Shown here piece by piece: positions 58,601 through 64,000 of a stretch of 64,000 nt of DNA (position 1 is the first letter of the stretch; each line of letters opens with the position of its first letter). Under the pieces are notes generated by a model. That model was not told the DNA's origin, did not search any database, and worked only from the letters and a program-made list of their open reading frames with translations. Both the position numbers and the translations under genes were made by a program. The DNA comes from Auanema rhodensis. Lineage: Eukaryota; Animalia; Nematoda. Location: assembly GCA_964057225.1 (NCBI GenBank), contig OZ059894.1:18786001-18850000 (forward strand). Direction: 5' to 3'.

Positions 58601-61600
58601 CAAAATAATTTAGCAAAAAGTAGATGTTTTTAGATTCCTTTTTTCAAGGCAAAGACGATGGACAATGTTATTCAACGAAAAAATTAATTCTTCAGGGTGA
58701 AAATCGAGGATATAAGTGTGAACTTATATATCAGTTGATATCTCGGTGCATTTTTAAGCTAGCGCAAATCTGATAACACAGATCGACGCAGCTTAAAAAT
58801 CCGCATCGAATGCACTATACTACATTGAGAAACGCTTAATACAAAAATTAGTTATGATCGTTTGAAAAATGATGCATTAGTGTATGTTGAGTTTCCATGT
58901 ACACTCAACATTGCTTCCAAAAACATTTTGACAAAAATTTTTTCGAAAAATTTCAAAATAATTTAGCAAAAAGTAGATGTTTTTAGATTCCTTTTTTCAA
59001 GGCAAAGACGATGGACAATGTTATTCAACGAAAAAAATAATTCTTCAGGGTGAAAATCGAGGATATAAGTGTGAACTTATATCAGTTGATATCTCGGTGC
59101 ATTTTTAAGCTAGCACAAATCTGATAACACAGATCGACGCAGCTTAAAAATCCGCATCGAATGCACTATACTACATTGAGAAACGCTTAATACAAAAATT
59201 AGTTATGATCGTTTGAAAAATGATGCATTAGTGTATGTTGAGTTTCCATGTACACTCAACATTGCTTCCAAAAACATTTTGACAAAAATTTTTTCGAAAA
59301 ATTTCAAAATAATTTAGCAAAAAGTAGATGTTTTTAGATTCCTTTTTTCAAGGCAAAGACGATGGACAATGTTATTCAACGAAAAAATTAATTCTTCAGG
59401 GTGAAAATCGAGGATATAAGTGTGAACTTATATCAGTTGATATCTCGGTGCATTTTTAAGCTAGCGCAAATCTGATAACACAGATCGACGCAGCTTAAAA
59501 ATCCGCATCGAATGCACTATACTACATTGAGAAACGCTTAATACAAAAATTAGTTATGATCGTTTGAAAAATGATGCATTAGTGTATGTTGAGTTTCCAT
59601 GTACACTCAACATTGCTTCCAAAAACATTTTGACAAAAATTTTTTCGAAAAATTTCAAGATAATATAGCAAAAAGTAGATGTTTTTAGATTCCTTTTTTC
59701 AAGGCAAAGACGATGGACAATGTTATTCAACGAAAAAATTAATTCTTCAGGGTGAAAATCGAGGATATAAGTGTGAACTTATATCAGTTGAGATCTCGGT
59801 GCATTTTTAAGCTAGCGCAAATCTGATAACACAGATCGACGCAGCTTGAAAATCCGCATCGAATGCACTATACTACATTGAGAAACGCTTAATACAAAAA
59901 TTAGTTATGATCGTTTGAAAAATGATGCATTAGTGTATGTTGAGTTTCCATGTACACTCAACATTGCTTCCAAAAACATTTTGACAAAAATTTTTTCGAA
60001 AAATTTAAAGATAAATTAGCAAAAAATAGATGTTTTTAGATTCCTTCTTTCAAGGCAAAGACGATGGACAATGTTATTCAACAAAAAAATTAATTCTTCA
60101 GGGTGAAAATCGAGGATATAAGTGTGAACTTATATGAGTTGATATCTCGGTGCATTTTTAAGCTAGCGCAAATCTGATAACACAGATCGACGCAGCTTAA
60201 AAATCCGCATCGAATGCACTATACTACATTGAGAAACGCTTAATACAAAAATTAGTTATGATCGTTTGAAAAATGATCCATTAGTGTATGTTGAGTTTCC
60301 ATGTACACTCAACATTGCTTCCAAAAACATTTTGACAAAAATTTTTTCGAAAAATTTCAAAATAATTTAGCAAAAAGTAGATGTTTTTAGATTCCATTTT
60401 TTAAGGCAAAGACGATGGACAATGTTATTCAACGAAAAAATTAATTCTTCAGGGTGAAAATCGAGGATATAAGTGTGAACTTATATCAGTTGATATCTCG
60501 GTGCATTTTTAAGCTAGCGCAAATCTGATAACACAGATCGACGCAGCTTAAAAATCCGCATCGAATGCACTATACTACATTGAGAAACGCTTAATACAAA
60601 AATTAGTTATGATCGTTTGAAAAATGATGCATTAGTGTATGTTGAGTTTCCATGTACACTCAACATTGCTTCCAAAAACATTTTGACAAAAATTTTTTCG
60701 AAAAATTTAAAGATAAATTAGCAAAAAATAGATGTTTTTAGATTCCTTCTTTCAAGGCAAAGACGATGGACAATGTTATTCAACAAAAAAATTAATTCTT
60801 CAGGGTGAAAATCGAGGATATAAGTGTGAACTTATATCAGTTGATATCTCGGTGCATTTTTAAGCTAGCGCAAATCTGATAACACAGATCGACGCAGCTT
60901 AAAAATCCGCATCGAATGCACTATACTACATTGAGAAACGCTTAATACAAAAATTAGTTATGATCGTTTGAAAAATGATCCATTAGTGTATGTTGAGTTT
61001 CCATGTACACTCAACATTGCTTCCAAAAACATTTTGACAAAAATTTTTTCGAAAAATTTCAAAATAATTTAGCAAAAAGTAGATGTTTTTAGATTCCATT
61101 TTTTAAGGCAAAGACGATGGACAATGTTATTCAACGAAAAAATTAATTCTTCAGGGTGAAAATCGAGGATATAAGTGTGAACTTATATCAGTTGATATCT
61201 CGGTGCATTTTTAAGCTAGCGCAAATCTGATAACACAGATCGACGCAGCTTAAAAATCCGCATCGAATGCACTATACTACATTGAGAAACGCTTAATACA
61301 AAAATTAGTTATGATCGTTTGAAAAATGATGCATTAGTGTATGTTGAGTTTCCATGTACACTCAACATTGCTTCCAAAAACATTTTGACAAAAATTTTTT
61401 CGAAAAATTTCAAAATAATTTAGCAAAAAGTAGATGTTTTTAGATTCCTTTTTTCAAGGCAAAGACGATGGACAATGTTATTCAACGAAAAAAATAATTC
61501 TTCAGGGTGAAAATCGAGGATATAAGTGTGAACTTATATCAGTTGATATCTCGGTGCATTTTTAAGCTAGCACAAATCTGATAACACAGATCGACGCAGC

Positions 61601-64000
61601 TTAAAAATCCGCATCGAATGCACTATACTACATTGAGAAACGCTTAATACAAAAATTAGTTATGATCGTTTGAAAAATGATGCATTAGTGTATGTTGAGT
61701 TTCCATGTACACTCAACATTGCTTCCAAAAACATTTTGACAAAAATTTTTTCGAAAAATTTCAAAATAATTTAGCAAAAAGTAGATGTTTTTAGATTCCT
61801 TTTTTCAAGGCAAAGACGATGGACAATGTTATTCAACGAAAAAAATAATTCTTCAGGGTGAAAATCGAGGATATAAGTGTGAACTTATATCAGTTGATAT
61901 CTCGGTGCATTTTTAAGCTAGCACAAATCTGATAACACAGATCGACGCAGCTTAAAAATCCGCATCGAATGCACTATACTACATTGAGAAACGCTTAATA
62001 CAAAAATTAGTTATGATCGTTTGAAAAATGATGCATTAGTGTATGTTGAGTTTCCATGTACACTCAACATTGCTTCCAAAAACATTTTGACAAAAATTTT
62101 TTCGAAAAATTTCAAAATAATTTAGCAAAAAGTAGATGTTTTTAGATTCCTTTTTTCAAGGCAAAGACGATGGACAATGTTATTCAACGAAAAAAATAAT
62201 TCTTCAGGGTGAAAATCGAGGATATAAGTGTGAACTTATATCAGTTGATATCTCGGTGCATTTTTAAGCTAGCGCAAATCTGATAACACAGATCGACGCA
62301 GCTTAAAAATCCGCATCGAATGCACTATACTACATTGAGAAACGCTTAATACAAAAATTAGTTATGATCGTTTGAAAAATGATGCATTAGTGTATGTTGA
62401 GTTTCCATGTACACTCAACATTGCTTCCAAAAACATTTTGACAAAAATTTTTTCGAAAAATTTCAAAATAATTTAGCAAAAAGTAGATGTTTTTAGATTC
62501 CTTTTTCAAGGCAAAGACGATGGACAATGTTATTCAACGAAAAAAATAATTCTTCAGGGTGAAAATCGAGGATATAAGTGTGAACTTATATATCAGTTGA
62601 TATCTCGGTGCATTTTTAAGCTAGCGCAAATCTGATAACACAGATCGACGCAGCTTAAAAATCCGCATCGAATGCACTATACTACATTGAGAAACGCTTA
62701 ATACAAAAATTAGTTATGATCGTTTGAAAAATGATGCATTAGTGTATGTTGAGTTTCCATGTACACTCAACATTGCTTCCAAAAACATTTTGACAAAAAT
62801 TTTTTCGAAAAATTTCAAAATAATTTAGCAAAAAGTAGATGTTTTTAGATTCCTTTTTTCAAGGCAAAGACGATGGACAATGTTATTCAACGAAAAAATT
62901 AATTCTTCAGGGTGAAAATCGAGGATATAAGTGTGAACTTATATCAGTTGATATCTCGGTGCATTTTTAAGCTAGCGCAAATCTGATAACACAGATCGAC
63001 GCAGCTTAAAAATCCGCATCGAATGCACTATACTACATTGAGAAACGCTTAATACAAAAATTAGTTATGATCGTTTGAAAAATGATGCATTAGTGTATGT
63101 TGAGTTTCCATGTACACTCAACATTGCTTCCAAAAACATTTTGACAAAAATTTTTTCGAAAAATTTCAAAATAATTTAGCAAAAAGTAGATGTTTTTAGA
63201 TTCCTTTTTTCAAGGCAAAGACGATGGACAATGTTATTCAACGAAAAAAATAATTCTTCAGGGTGAAAATCAAGGATATAAGTGTGAACTTATATCAGTT
63301 GATATCTCGGTGCATTTTTAAGCTAGCACAAATCTGATAACACAGATCGACGCAGCTTAAAAATCCGCATCGAATGCACTATACTACATTGAGAAACGCT
63401 TAATACAAAAATTAGTTATGATCGTTTGAAAAATGATGCATTAGTGTATGTTGAGTTTCCATGTACACTCAACATTGCTTCCAAAAACATTTTGACAAAA
63501 ATTTTTTCGAAAAATTTCAAAATAATTTAGCAAAAAGTAGATGTTTTTAGATTCCTTTTTTCAAGGCAAAGACGATGGACAATGTTATTCAACGAAAAAA
63601 ATAATTCTTCAGGGTGAAAATCGAGGATATAAGTGTGAACTTATATCAGTTGATATCTCGGTGCATTTTTAAGCTAGCGCAAATCTGATAACACAGATCG
63701 ACGCAGCTTAAAAATCCGCATCGAATGCACTATACTACATTGAGAAACGCTTAATACAAAAATTAGTTATGATCGTTTGAAAAATGATGCATTAGTGTAT
63801 GTTGAGTTTCCATGTACACTCAACATTGCTTCCAAAAACATTTTGACAAAAATTTTTTCGAAAAATTTCAAGATAATATAGCAAAAAGTAGATGTTTTTA
63901 GATTCCTTTTTTCAAGGCAAAGACGATGGACAATGTTATTCAACGAAAAAATTAATTCTTCAGGGTGAAAATCGAGGATATAAGTGTGAACTTATATCAG
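43622..64000. repeat. 351-bp satellite, ~58 monomers, running off the window end
   Basis: Uninterrupted monomers with sparse recurring variants. Confidence 0.98.

Noticed and set aside
43622-64000. Regular repeats as a CRISPR array or RNA-gene array
   Set aside because: Whole 351-bp units repeat with no unique spacers, there are no cas genes, and I recognise no rRNA, tRNA or snRNA sequence.

Overview
Eukaryotic AT-rich heterochromatin-like DNA. Introns of about 40-46 nt with TTTCAG/TTTTAG acceptors suggest a nematode, but that is inference. The backbone is a highly homogeneous 351-bp tandem satellite. It is interrupted by two near-identical 1.26-kb Merlin (IS1016-like) DNA transposons (954-2218, 3632-4895; 8-bp TSD TCCATGTA; 2-exon 294-aa transposase) and by two near-identical, apparently intact ~15.6-kb Maverick/Polinton elements (8239-23826, 28045-43621; 6-bp TSD TGTGAA; long TIRs). 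Each Maverick encodes an integrase with chromodomain, packaging ATPase, minor and major capsid proteins, adenain-like protease, a C2H2 zinc-finger protein and a 14-exon ~1369-aa protein-primed DNA polymerase B. Main observations: (1) both transposons sit exactly on the dyad axis of two perfect 9-bp-arm palindromes in the satellite monomer, half a monomer (176 bp) apart; (2) the Maverick carries a spliced left-end gene, mostly missed by the ORF track, whose product has an N-terminal APC/C D-box, CDK sites and a Cys cluster; (3) introns are confined to the two terminal genes while the virion and integrase genes are intronless; (4) each pair of copies shares rare flanking satellite variants, pointing to amplification by satellite duplication rather than independent transposition.
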